64,000 nt of DNA. Source: Pirellulales bacterium (lineage in GTDB: Bacteria; Planctomycetota; Planctomycetia; Pirellulales; JAICIG01). Location: assembly GCA_040901675.1 (NCBI GenBank), contig JBBDYJ010000010.1:44211-108210 (forward strand), in the 5' to 3' direction. Under the pieces are notes generated by a model. That model searched no databases, was not told where the DNA came from, and saw only the letters and a list, made by a program, of their open reading frames with translations. Shown in pieces: positions 18,679 through 26,970 of this stretch; position 1 is the first letter of the stretch; each line of letters begins with the position of its first letter. The translations under genes were made by a program, and so were the position numbers.

Positions 18679-20916
18679 CTAAGCGGCGAGCAGCATGCCG
18701 ACCTGGTAAGTCAACAGGGCGGCCACGTAAGCCAGCACGGTCATGTAGACAAAGGTGAACACGGGCCAGCCCCAACTGTTGGTCTCGCGCTTGATGATCA
18801 CCAGCGTCGAGGCGCATTGGGCACACAGCGCGAAGAAAACCATCAAGGACAACGCCACGGGAATGTTGAACACCGGGCGGTCGGTGCCGTCCCAGGTCGC
18901 CTGTTGCAAGGCCGACTGGAGGCGGCCGCGATCAAGCTGCTCGTCCACGTCGAGCTCGCCGCCCAGGTTGTAGATGATGCCCAGCGTGGCCACCACCACC
19001 TCGCGAGCGGGGAACGAGGCGATTGCGGCGCAGCCGATCCGCCAGTCCCAGCCGAGGGGCCTGACGGCCGGCTCGATCCAATTGCCCATCCGCCCCAGGA
19101 TGCTCTGGCGATTGTAGGCGCCGGTGATTTCGTTCCCCAGCTCATCGAGCTGACCGGCGACGTCGTCGCGGCGGGGGTCGCCGGCCGGCAGCGCGGCCAG
19201 CTCGCGCTGGAGCGCCGCGCGCTTGGCCTGAAACGGCGCCTCGACCGTGGCCGAGTCGTGCGGATAGTAGAGGGCGGCCCAGACCAGGATCGAAACAGCC
19301 ACGATCAGCGTGCCCGCGCGGCGGACGAAAGCCCATCCCCGCTCGACCATCCGGTACAGCACGGTGGCGGGAGCGGGCAGCTTGTAGGTGGGCAGCTCCA
19401 TGACAAAGGCCGGCGTGGGACCCCGCAAGAGCGTCCGCTTGAGCACCAGCGCCACCACGGCCGCCGTCACGATGCCCACCAGGTACATGGCGGTCATGGT
19501 CAAGCCTTGCAGACCCAGCAGGCCCTTGGCATAGGTGCGCGGTGGAATGAAGGCGCCGACCAGCAGCGTATAGACCGGCAGGCGGGCGCTGCAGCTCATC
19601 AAGGGCGCGACGAGGATCGTGGTCAGCCTATCGCGGCGGTTCTCGATCACGCGGGTGGCCATGATCCCCGGCACGGCGCAGGCGAACGACGACAGCATGG
19701 GGATGAACGACTTGCCGGACAGGCCCACGCGGACCATCAGCTTGTCCATCAGGTAGGCGGCCCGGGCCATGTAGCCGCAGTCTTCCAAGAGCGCGATAAA
19801 GAAAAACAAGATCATGATCTGCGGCAGGAAGACCAACACGCCCCCCACGCCGCCGATCAGACCATCGACCAGCAGGCTCCGCAGCGCGCCCTCGGCCATC
19901 GCGGCTTCGACCCAGCCGCCCACCAAGGCCTGGCCCGCTTCGATCGCGCCCATCAACGGTTCCGCCCAGCGAAACACCGACTGAAACACGATCACCATCA
20001 TCAACACGAAGCAGGCGGTGCCCCACACGCGGTGCGTGAGCAGGCGGTCGATGCGGTCGCCGAGCGTCACCGGCCGCTCGAGGGGCCGCTGGACCACGCC
20101 TTCCAGGACGCGGCCGACCCAGCCATAGCGGGCCATCGCTTCGACCGCCGGCACGGCAAACCCGGCCTTGGCCAGCCGCTGCCGGGCCGCGGCCAGCCGC
20201 TCGGCCAGGTCGGAGTTTCCGGCGCCGGCGAGGCGGCCTTCGACATATCCACCCGTGTCCAGCAGCAGCCTCTCCACCAGGTACCGCGGCAGGCCACCGC
20301 CGTTCGCCCAGGTCGAGAGCGACTGCTCCAGGGCGGCCACCTCCTGCTGAAAGGGCTGGGGGAAGGGATTGTCGTGGGATCGCGGCGGCTGGTCGGCCAC
20401 CGAGGCCAGCGCTCGTTTGAGCTCGCTCAGGCCGCGCCGCCGATTGGCCTGGACTTCGACGACGCGGACGCCCAACTGACGGGCCAGCAGCTCGACGTTG
20501 ATCGCCAGCCCGCGATGGCGAGCCAGGTCGGTCATGTTCAAGGCCAGCACGACGGGCAGGCCAAGGTCGAGCACCTGGCTGACGAGGTATAGATTGCGCT
20601 CCAGGTTACTGGCATCGACAATGCACAGCACGGCGTCGGCGGGCGCCGTATCGGCGCGGCGCCCCAGCAGGACGTCGACCGCCACCATCTCGTCGGGCGA
20701 GCGTGGAGCCAGGCTGTAGGTGCCGGGCAGATCGACCAGCGAGAAATGCCGGCCCTCGTGGGTCATCTGGCCGAGCTTCTTTTCCACCGTGACGCCCGGA
20801 TAGTTGCCCACCCGCTGCCGCACGCCCGCCAGGGCATTGAACAGCGTCGACTTGCCCGTGTTCGGGTTGCCGATCAGGGCCACGGTGAGCGATTTGGGCG
20901 CGGCGGCGATGGCCAT
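18679..20916 (-). CDS. feoB: Ferrous iron transport protein B
   Basis: GNPNTGKST, VGNYPGVTVEKK, DLPGTYSL, LEDCGYMARAA, CSARLPVY, FVMELPTY, REVVVATLG. Confidence 0.97.
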   Translation of the reverse strand: MAIAAAPKSLTVALIGNPNTGKSTLFNALAGVRQRVGNYPGVTVEKKLGQMTHEGRHFSLVDLPGTYSLAPRSPDEMVAVDVLLGRRADTAPADAVLCIVDASNLERNLYLVSQVLDLGLPVVLALNMTDLARHRGLAINVELLARQLGVRVVEVQANRRRGLSELKRALASVADQPPRSHDNPFPQPFQQEVAALEQSLSTWANGGGLPRYLVERLLLDTGGYVEGRLAGAGNSDLAERLAAARQRLAKAGFAVPAVEAMARYGWVGRVLEGVVQRPLERPVTLGDRIDRLLTHRVWGTACFVLMMVIVFQSVFRWAEPLMGAIEAGQALVGGWVEAAMAEGALRSLLVDGLIGGVGGVLVFLPQIMILFFFIALLEDCGYMARAAYLMDKLMVRVGLSGKSFIPMLSSFACAVPGIMATRVIENRRDRLTTILVAPLMSCSARLPVYTLLVGAFIPPRTYAKGLLGLQGLTMTAMYLVGIVTAAVVALVLKRTLLRGPTPAFVMELPTYKLPAPATVLYRMVERGWAFVRRAGTLIVAVSILVWAALYYPHDSATVEAPFQAKRAALQRELAALPAGDPRRDDVAGQLDELGNEITGAYNRQSILGRMGNWIEPAVRPLGWDWRIGCAAIASFPAREVVVATLGIIYNLGGELDVDEQLDRGRLQSALQQATWDGTDRPVFNIPVALSLMVFFALCAQCASTLVIIKRETNSWGWPVFTFVYMTVLAYVAALLTYQVGMLLAA

Positions 20917-20988
20917 GACAATGATTACCCGCTTGGACGTGATTGAGGTGGGGCCGGATGGCCGGCGGTGGAGTCGTTGTCCCGGTAA

Positions 20989-21237
20989 TCAGCCGTGCAG
21001 TTGGCCGCCATGAGGCTGAACGACTTGTACGCGCTGGGCCTCGCTTTTTCGGACGCTCAAACGGTAACCGCGTACTTCCAACTCGATGGGGTCGCCGAGC
21101 GGAGCGGCGCCCACCACTTGAACCTCGACCCCCGGAGTCAGCCCCATTTCGAGCAGGCGCACGCTCACGTCGTCGCCGCCGGATATTTCTTGCACTCGCC
21201 CCCGAGCGCCCTTGGGGAGTTCCGCGAGGCACTTCAC
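20989..21237 (-). CDS. feoA: FeoA family protein
   Basis: RLLEMGLTPG, APLGDPIELEVRGYRLSVRKSEA. Confidence 0.92.
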   Translation of the reverse strand: MKCLAELPKGARGRVQEISGGDDVSVRLLEMGLTPGVEVQVVGAAPLGDPIELEVRGYRLSVRKSEAQRVQVVQPHGGQLHG

Positions 21238-21479
21238 GCCTGGCCTCCCGGCGTCACGAGCACCCTGAGCAAGTCGTCACCTCGAAAGCAGAGCTTCTGG
21301 CCACCCATCCGCACGATGCAGGCCCTGCCCGGCTGCACCATCTCGACCGCCACGCCCCCCTTCAATCCCAGCTCGTGCAGGCGGTGGACCATGTCGTCGG
21401 GCCCCAGGATCTGGGCGACCACGGCCGCCTGCCCAGTGACAAGCTGGCTCATTGGGATCAGATCGAAGGGGCTGGTCAC
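21234..21479 (-). CDS. feoA: Second FeoA family protein
   Basis: HRLHELGLKGGVAVEMVQPG..IVRMGGQKLCFR; 4-bp overlap with the next feoA. Confidence 0.85.
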   Translation of the reverse strand: MTSPFDLIPMSQLVTGQAAVVAQILGPDDMVHRLHELGLKGGVAVEMVQPGRACIVRMGGQKLCFRGDDLLRVLVTPGGQA

Positions 21480-21503
21480 GAGGAGGGCCGCTCCAGGGAG
21501 GTC

Positions 21504-21524
21504 AGTTGAGACACCGTCTCAACT
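21504..21524. promoter_or_regulatory. Perfect 9-3-9 inverted repeat upstream of the feo operon; probable Fur-like metal operator
   Basis: AGTTGAGAC-ACC-GTCTCAACT about 25 bp upstream of the feoA start; TTGAGA-N5-TCTCAA architecture. Confidence 0.7.
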
Positions 21525-21585
21525 TCACCCGCATTGTAAGCCGGCCTGGCGCCCTAAGCAACGGGGCGGGGCGAAGTGGCGAGTA

Positions 21586-21881
21586 AGGATCGGCCGAAAA
21601 ACAACTTTCTCAGATCGCAACTGGGGCACGCTTATCGCTTTGCCCCAGGCACCCGGGGAAAGAGGACAAGGAGACAAGGGGACAAGGCGACAAGGGGAAC
21701 GGGGGAGACGGACCTTTCGACAAGCTCAAGGCAGGGACGGACGAAGGCTGGGGCACGCTTATCGCTTTGCCCCAGGCACCCGGGGAGAGAGGACAAGGAG
21801 ACAAGGGGACAAGGCGACAAGGGGAACGCGGAGGGAACGGACGAAGACTGGGGCACGCTTATCGCTTTGCCCCAGGCACCC
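21586..21881 (+). repeat. Composite REP cluster: three CTGGGGCA hairpins separated by GACAAGG(G/A/C) octamer runs and a TTCGACAAGCTCA element
   Basis: Hairpins at 21621-21654, 21748-21781 and 21848-21881; spacers share GAGGACAAGGAGACAAGGGGACAAGGCGACAAGGGGAAC. Confidence 0.92.
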
Positions 21882-21894
21882 AGCAACGGGCCGC

Positions 21895-23505
21895 TTACTG
21901 GGCGATGCCAAGCTTCTGGGCCAGGCCTCCCCAAACCACCTGCGACAGGTCGCCCGCATAGCCGGCCAGGTTCTCATGGGGGTTGTCGATGACGATTCCC
22001 AGGATCAGCACCCGGTCCTGCGGTTTCAACGCGGGCTGCGGCACGTCGCGGCTGAGCACGGTGACCAACTTCGGCGCGCCGAACAGAACCAGCCGGGTGC
22101 GATGCAGCGAACCTTCCTTCGCCAGATCCTGCACGGTGCCCGCCAAGGCGATGCCGCTGTCCGGCCGGCTGCCGGCTTCCAGCCGCATCCCGGCCAGACG
22201 GCCCACGGTGTGCCGCTTTTCGCCGTCGCCCACCGCCTTGAGCAACAGGTTCTGCACCGCCCTGCGCCGATTACTGAAGCTCGGGTCAACGGCATCGATC
22301 CGCACAAAGGTCACCGCCTCCGCCAATCGGCAAAGCTCGCCGTAGGCCTCCGGCGTCAGGCCTTTCGCTGCACCGCCCATGCACTCGGGACATGCCACTT
22401 GCGGCGGGTTAGAGCCGGCCGCCGGCGCGGAGCTGGCGGCTTGGGCATCGTTGCCCGGACTTTCCTGGACCCGCCGCACAAGGCCGGTCGCATCGCAAAC
22501 CGGGCAGATCACCTTCGAGCCGGTCTCGGCCAGAATGCCGGCCAGCTCGTCGGGCGTGTAGGGTGTGACATGACGCGGCCCCAAGGGGACGGCCTCTGCA
22601 CTCGGCGGGGAACCGGCGGCCGCACTCGGGTCGCCCCCGGGCGATTCGCCGAGCGGTCCGGCGGGCGGTGGGGTGCCCGCTGCGGCCATCTCGGTAGGTT
22701 CCTCCGGTTCGCCTGGGCCGGCGGCCGGGCCGTCAGGATCGTCTTGTGGAATGCCCTGGCGGCGGCCCCCGAAAAAACTCTCAGCCGGACTTTCGGAGGC
22801 CGGTCCGCCTTGGGCTTCATGATCCGCCTGGACCGCCTCGCCGCCGCCCGGCACGAGCCAATCGGGCAGCTTGTGCCGCAGATCGAGGAAGTCGGCCCGG
22901 GCGCCGCCGATCCAAAGCAGGACATAGTAGCCGATAGCGGACCCCACGATGGCCCCACCAAAAATGCCCACCAACTGACCGAGGACCCCCACCCCCTTGT
23001 TCCTGGAGCCAAGCTGGGACTGCACGCGGTAGGGTTCGGCGCCGTCCGCCTCGTCGTCGGTCTGGGGAGCGGTGTCGCTCGGCTGGGTGGCAGTCGCCGC
23101 GGAGGCTGGCTTGCTCATGGCGGCCGCCAGCATGAGGCCGGGGCCCACGTCGCCGGTTATGCCACCGGGCGGCATTTCGATGGGGGTCAAATCGAAGCCA
23201 TCCGGATCGGCCCGCGATTGGCCGGCTGCCGGGTCGGGCGGGGCGCTGCCTGGGGCGGCGGCGTCAGTTTCCGGACGGAAGGGCTCAACCCGTGTATCTG
23301 CCAGCTCGAATGGCGAGGAGGAGTCGAAGGCGGTTCCGGGCTGGACCAGCGTGGCCTCGGGCGGCAGGCGGCGGCTGGTGGCCAGGGCCTGGTGGGCGGG
23401 AAACTCGACCTGGCAGAGCGGGCATCGCAACCGCCTGAGTGGATCTGGGAGGCTGGGGATCGTGATTTCGCCCAGACACTCAGGACAACAGGACAGGCTG
23501 GGCAT
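21895..23505 (-). CDS. Hypothetical single-pass membrane protein with N-terminal zinc ribbon and two further CxxC motifs
   Basis: CPEC..CPLC at N-terminus; TM LVGIFGGAIVGSAIGYYVLLWIG; CPVCDATG and CPECMGG. Confidence 0.75.
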   Translation of the reverse strand: MPSLSCCPECLGEITIPSLPDPLRRLRCPLCQVEFPAHQALATSRRLPPEATLVQPGTAFDSSSPFELADTRVEPFRPETDAAAPGSAPPDPAAGQSRADPDGFDLTPIEMPPGGITGDVGPGLMLAAAMSKPASAATATQPSDTAPQTDDEADGAEPYRVQSQLGSRNKGVGVLGQLVGIFGGAIVGSAIGYYVLLWIGGARADFLDLRHKLPDWLVPGGGEAVQADHEAQGGPASESPAESFFGGRRQGIPQDDPDGPAAGPGEPEEPTEMAAAGTPPPAGPLGESPGGDPSAAAGSPPSAEAVPLGPRHVTPYTPDELAGILAETGSKVICPVCDATGLVRRVQESPGNDAQAASSAPAAGSNPPQVACPECMGGAAKGLTPEAYGELCRLAEAVTFVRIDAVDPSFSNRRRAVQNLLLKAVGDGEKRHTVGRLAGMRLEAGSRPDSGIALAGTVQDLAKEGSLHRTRLVLFGAPKLVTVLSRDVPQPALKPQDRVLILGIVIDNPHENLAGYAGDLSQVVWGGLAQKLGIAQ

Positions 23506-23628
23506 GGATGCCCTCCGACGTGAACTTGCCTGTTTGAGTTTAGCAGGAATCTCCGCCCCTTTGCCAGGCGGATGTGGCTCAACTTGCGCCTGCTAGCCGT
23601 GGACAATTATCCCAGGGAGACCGAGCAG

Positions 23629-24087
23629 CTATTCCAGGGGACCGAGCAGCCACCAGCCGGCAAATGCGGATGCGAAGGACATGCTCAACAAGAGGACTAA
23701 AAACGCGGCGGCCTTGAGTGTCGCCACGACGCCCTCCCAGCCACGGGTGGCAAAGAGGTGGGCAGGAATCATGATGAGCGGCCCGGGACAGATCACCATC
23801 ATGAAAGCGAACAAACGCCATCGCTCCACATCGAATTCCTCACGGTCGTAGGCACACCATTTGAGCAGCAAGACCGCCCAGGCAACTGCGTGGACGATGT
23901 TCAGTCCGCGCAATTGCAGGCTGTCGGACTCGACCATCCCAGCAAGGAAGCCAGCCGCAGCGAACAGAACCACCATCCACCACAGCAGCCGGCGCTTCCG
24001 ATCATGGAAGGCCGCCAGCGGCGGCGGTTCGACGCTCGGCTCGAACTCGGTGGCCGGCGCCTGGTATGGATTTGGCGCGTCGTCCAT
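23629..24087 (-). CDS. Small membrane protein with N-terminal NPYxAP motif
   Basis: MDDAPNPYQAP followed by about four hydrophobic segments; GGAGG upstream. Confidence 0.7.
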   Translation of the reverse strand: MDDAPNPYQAPATEFEPSVEPPPLAAFHDRKRRLLWWMVVLFAAAGFLAGMVESDSLQLRGLNIVHAVAWAVLLLKWCAYDREEFDVERWRLFAFMMVICPGPLIMIPAHLFATRGWEGVVATLKAAAFLVLLLSMSFASAFAGWWLLGPLE

Positions 24088-24155
24088 CGAACAGCCTCCC
24101 GTTGACGGAACGTGCTCGGCATCGACCACAATTCGGCCGGACATTCCAGCCCGCT

Positions 24156-25679
24156 CTAGCTAACTCCGTAGAGCAGGCCCAGCTTGCCGGTGAGATGGGC
24201 GATCAAGGGAGCGTGCGAAAGCGGCTGGCCGGTGATCCGCTGAACCAGCTCGCCGGCCGTGTAGCATTGCCCGTGGCGGTGAATCTTCTCGGCCAGCCAG
24301 CCACGCAACAATGCGAACTCGCCGCGCCGGAACCGATCGGCCAGGCCGCCCAGGTCGGCCTCGGCACGGGCGAAGAACTGGGCCGCGTACAGGTTGCCCA
24401 GGGAGTAGGTGGCGAAATAGCCGAAGAGCCCGGCGCTCCAGTGGATGTCCTGCAAGACGCCCTCGGCGTCGCTGCCCGGCTCGATGCCCAGGTAGGCGCG
24501 GTACTTTTCGTTCCAGGCCGCGGGGAGCTCGTCGACCGCCAGCTCGCCGTTGAGCAGGTCCTGCTCCAGCTCGAAACGGATCAGGATGTGGAGGTTGTAG
24601 GTCGCTTCGTCGGCTTCGACGCGAATCAGCGAGGGGCGCACGGCGTTGACCGCGAAGTGGAAGTCGTCCAGGCGCACGTCGTCGAGGGCCTCGGTAAACG
24701 CGCGGCGGGCCGAGGGGAAGAAGTGCTCCCAGAAGGGGCGTCCCCGTCCCACCAGGTTCTCCCAGAGCCGCGACTGCGACTCGTGGATGCCCATCGACAC
24801 GGCCTCACCCGGCGGCAAGCCGAAATGCTCCGGGCGCAGTCCCTGGTCGTAGATGCCGTGCCCGGCCTCGTGCAGGATGCCGAACAGTGCGGTGCTGAAA
24901 TAGTGCTCGTCGTAGCGGGTAGTGATGCGGCAGTCGTGCGGGCCGGGGGCCGTGCAAAACGGGTGGGCGGTCACGTCCAGCCGGCCGCGGTGGAAGTCGA
25001 AGCCGACCCGCCCGGCCACCTCACGGCCAAAGAACTCCTGGGCATCGACCGGGTAGCGCCGGTGGAGGATCGCCAAGTCGGGCTGCCGCGGGGAGGCCAG
25101 CAAGCGGGCGACCAGCGGCACCAGCTCCTCGCGCAGCGCGCCAAGCACGCGGGCCACGTGCTCGGTCGACTCGCCCGGTTCGAAATCGTCGAGCAAGGCG
25201 TCGTAGGCGCAGCGATCGTAGCCGATCGCCTCGGCCTGGCTCCGCTTGAGCTCGACGGTTTTTTTCAGCAGGGGAGCGAAGGAGGCGAAGTCGTTGTCGC
25301 GCCGCGCCGATTGCCAGGCCTGCTGCCCCAGCACGGAGGTCCGCGTCAGCTCCTCGACCAGCGAGCGAGGCAATTTGAGCTTCTTGTCGTACTGGCGCTT
25401 GATCTGCCGGATCGTCGCGCCGGCGTCGCTGGCCGGATCCTTGGCCAGGGGACTGTCGGCCAGGTGGGTCAGCCATTCGCCCAGCTTGGGATCGGTCTGC
25501 CGCTGGTGGATCATGCCGGACAAGAGCGTCATCTGCTCGGCACGATAGTCGCCGCCGGCGGCGGGCATCAGGCAGCGCTCGTCCCAGCTCAACAGCGATT
25601 CGATCGAAGCCAACAGCGCCGTCTGGCGGGCGTGCTGGCAGAGCTGATCGAGAAGCGGTGCTGGGTCTGAGGGCGGCAT
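24156..25679 (-). CDS. Carboxypeptidase M32 (Taq type)
   Basis: YDALLDDFEPG, HPF, RITTRY, HEAGHGIYDQG, IHESQS, IRVEADE, GVLQDIHW, GYFATYSLG. Confidence 0.95.
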   Translation of the reverse strand: MPPSDPAPLLDQLCQHARQTALLASIESLLSWDERCLMPAAGGDYRAEQMTLLSGMIHQRQTDPKLGEWLTHLADSPLAKDPASDAGATIRQIKRQYDKKLKLPRSLVEELTRTSVLGQQAWQSARRDNDFASFAPLLKKTVELKRSQAEAIGYDRCAYDALLDDFEPGESTEHVARVLGALREELVPLVARLLASPRQPDLAILHRRYPVDAQEFFGREVAGRVGFDFHRGRLDVTAHPFCTAPGPHDCRITTRYDEHYFSTALFGILHEAGHGIYDQGLRPEHFGLPPGEAVSMGIHESQSRLWENLVGRGRPFWEHFFPSARRAFTEALDDVRLDDFHFAVNAVRPSLIRVEADEATYNLHILIRFELEQDLLNGELAVDELPAAWNEKYRAYLGIEPGSDAEGVLQDIHWSAGLFGYFATYSLGNLYAAQFFARAEADLGGLADRFRRGEFALLRGWLAEKIHRHGQCYTAGELVQRITGQPLSHAPLIAHLTGKLGLLYGVS

Positions 25680-25780
25680 GCTTGGGCAATAGCAGGTGGG
25701 AGCGGCCGCGGCAGCACCGGGCCGGACGTTCCATGCCCTTTTGTACCTGCAAGCAGGCGGCGATGCCAGACGGGGAAGGT

Positions 25781-25855
25781 CTTAGGACTTGGGACTTAGA
25801 ACTTTGCAAGTCCAGGACTTCGTACCTAAGAAACCAAAGAACAAAGACCCAAGCA
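25781..25855. repeat. Degenerate heptamer simple repeats (GACTTGG/CCAAAGA type)
   Basis: CTTAGGACTTGGGACTTAGAACTT ... CCTAAGAAACCAAAGAACAAAGACCCAAG. Confidence 0.6.
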
Positions 25856-25884
25856 GAGAGGGTCCACCTTGCCGCGACCGGTGG

Positions 25885-26112
25885 TTAGTAGCCGACGTTG
25901 CGCTCGATTTCCTGCGCCCTGGTGCTGTAGCCAAACCGGTCGCTGGTGTTGGCCCTGGGGCGCAAGTTGGCGCCCCAATCGCCGAATTGGTCGCGAAAAC
26001 CGGGCCCCCGCAGGTCATGGCGAGCGCAGCCCAGCGATACCAGCGCAACGGCGGCGACTGCCGCCAGCAGCGACCACCCAGCGCCACGTCGATTTGGCTT
26101 GTGACTGTGCAT
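25885..26112 (-). CDS. Small putative lipoprotein
   Basis: LLAAVAAVALVSLGC lipobox; C-terminal RAQEIERNVG. Confidence 0.6.
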   Translation of the reverse strand: MHSHKPNRRGAGWSLLAAVAAVALVSLGCARHDLRGPGFRDQFGDWGANLRPRANTSDRFGYSTRAQEIERNVGY

Positions 26113-26263
26113 CGGCGGATCTTCGGACCAGCAACCGGCCCCGACTTCGGGGTGGGGGCCGGAGTGTGCCAAAAGCGGGCAACCGAGTCCAGATCAAATT
26201 GATCCCAAGCCGCCGACCTGTCAGGATGGAAGCCTTGCCGAGCCGTGTCCCGAGGACCCATCT

Positions 26264-26953
26264 GTGCTGGACATCCTGGTTGTCGCCCCGCATCCCGACG
26301 ATGCCGAACTGGGCATGGCGGGCACCATCCTTAAGTTCCGGGCCGAGGGGCTGACGGTGGGCATCCTGGAGCTTACCGACGGCGAGCCGACGCCGTTCGG
26401 CGACCCGGCAACCCGGGCCCGCGAGACCGAGGCGGCCAGCCGGGTGTTGGGCATCACCTGGCGGGAGAACCTGGGACTGACCAACCGCCGCCTGGAACAC
26501 ACGTTGGAAGCCCGCGGCCGGTTGGCGGAGGTCTTTCGCCGGGTGAGGCCTCGCTGGCTGTTCGCCCCTTACTGGGTGGACGCTCATCCCGACCACCTGG
26601 CCGCCACCGAGCTGATCGAGGCCGCCCGTTTCTGGTCCAAGCTGACCAAGACCGACCTGGCCGGCGAGGCTTTCCATCCGCAGCGGATCTTTTACTACTA
26701 CTGCGTGCACCTGCGGCTGGCCGCGCAGCCGGCGTTTGTCGTCGACATCAGCCCTTATTGGGAGCAGAAGCGGGCGGCAATCGAGTGCTATCACAGCCAG
26801 TTCATCGAGGGGCGCGGGGCGGCAACGCCCGGCTTTCTGGATCAGTTGCGCGACCAGGCAGCCTATTGGGGCTGGTCGATCGGCGCCGTCTACGGCGAGC
26901 CGTTTGCCAGCCGCGAGCCGGTCGGGCTGTCGAGTCTGCGCGATCTGCTCTGA
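26264..26953 (+). CDS. PIG-L family deacetylase (BshB1-like)
   Basis: APHPDDAELGMAGT, LTDGE, RARE, DAHPDH, CYHSQF, YGEPF. Confidence 0.9.
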   Translation: MLDILVVAPHPDDAELGMAGTILKFRAEGLTVGILELTDGEPTPFGDPATRARETEAASRVLGITWRENLGLTNRRLEHTLEARGRLAEVFRRVRPRWLFAPYWVDAHPDHLAATELIEAARFWSKLTKTDLAGEAFHPQRIFYYYCVHLRLAAQPAFVVDISPYWEQKRAAIECYHSQFIEGRGAATPGFLDQLRDQAAYWGWSIGAVYGEPFASREPVGLSSLRDLL

Positions 26954-26970
26954 GACGGGTGTGGAGAGTG

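Noticed and set aside
21621..21881. 34-bp palindromic repeats (also at 44-164 and 58002-58339) as CRISPR arrays
   Set aside because: Spacers are 54-136 bp, unequal and themselves repetitive; copies are dispersed; no cas genes
26264..26953. Evidence of bacillithiol biosynthesis
   Set aside because: Only PIG-L family motifs; no bshA or bshC in the window
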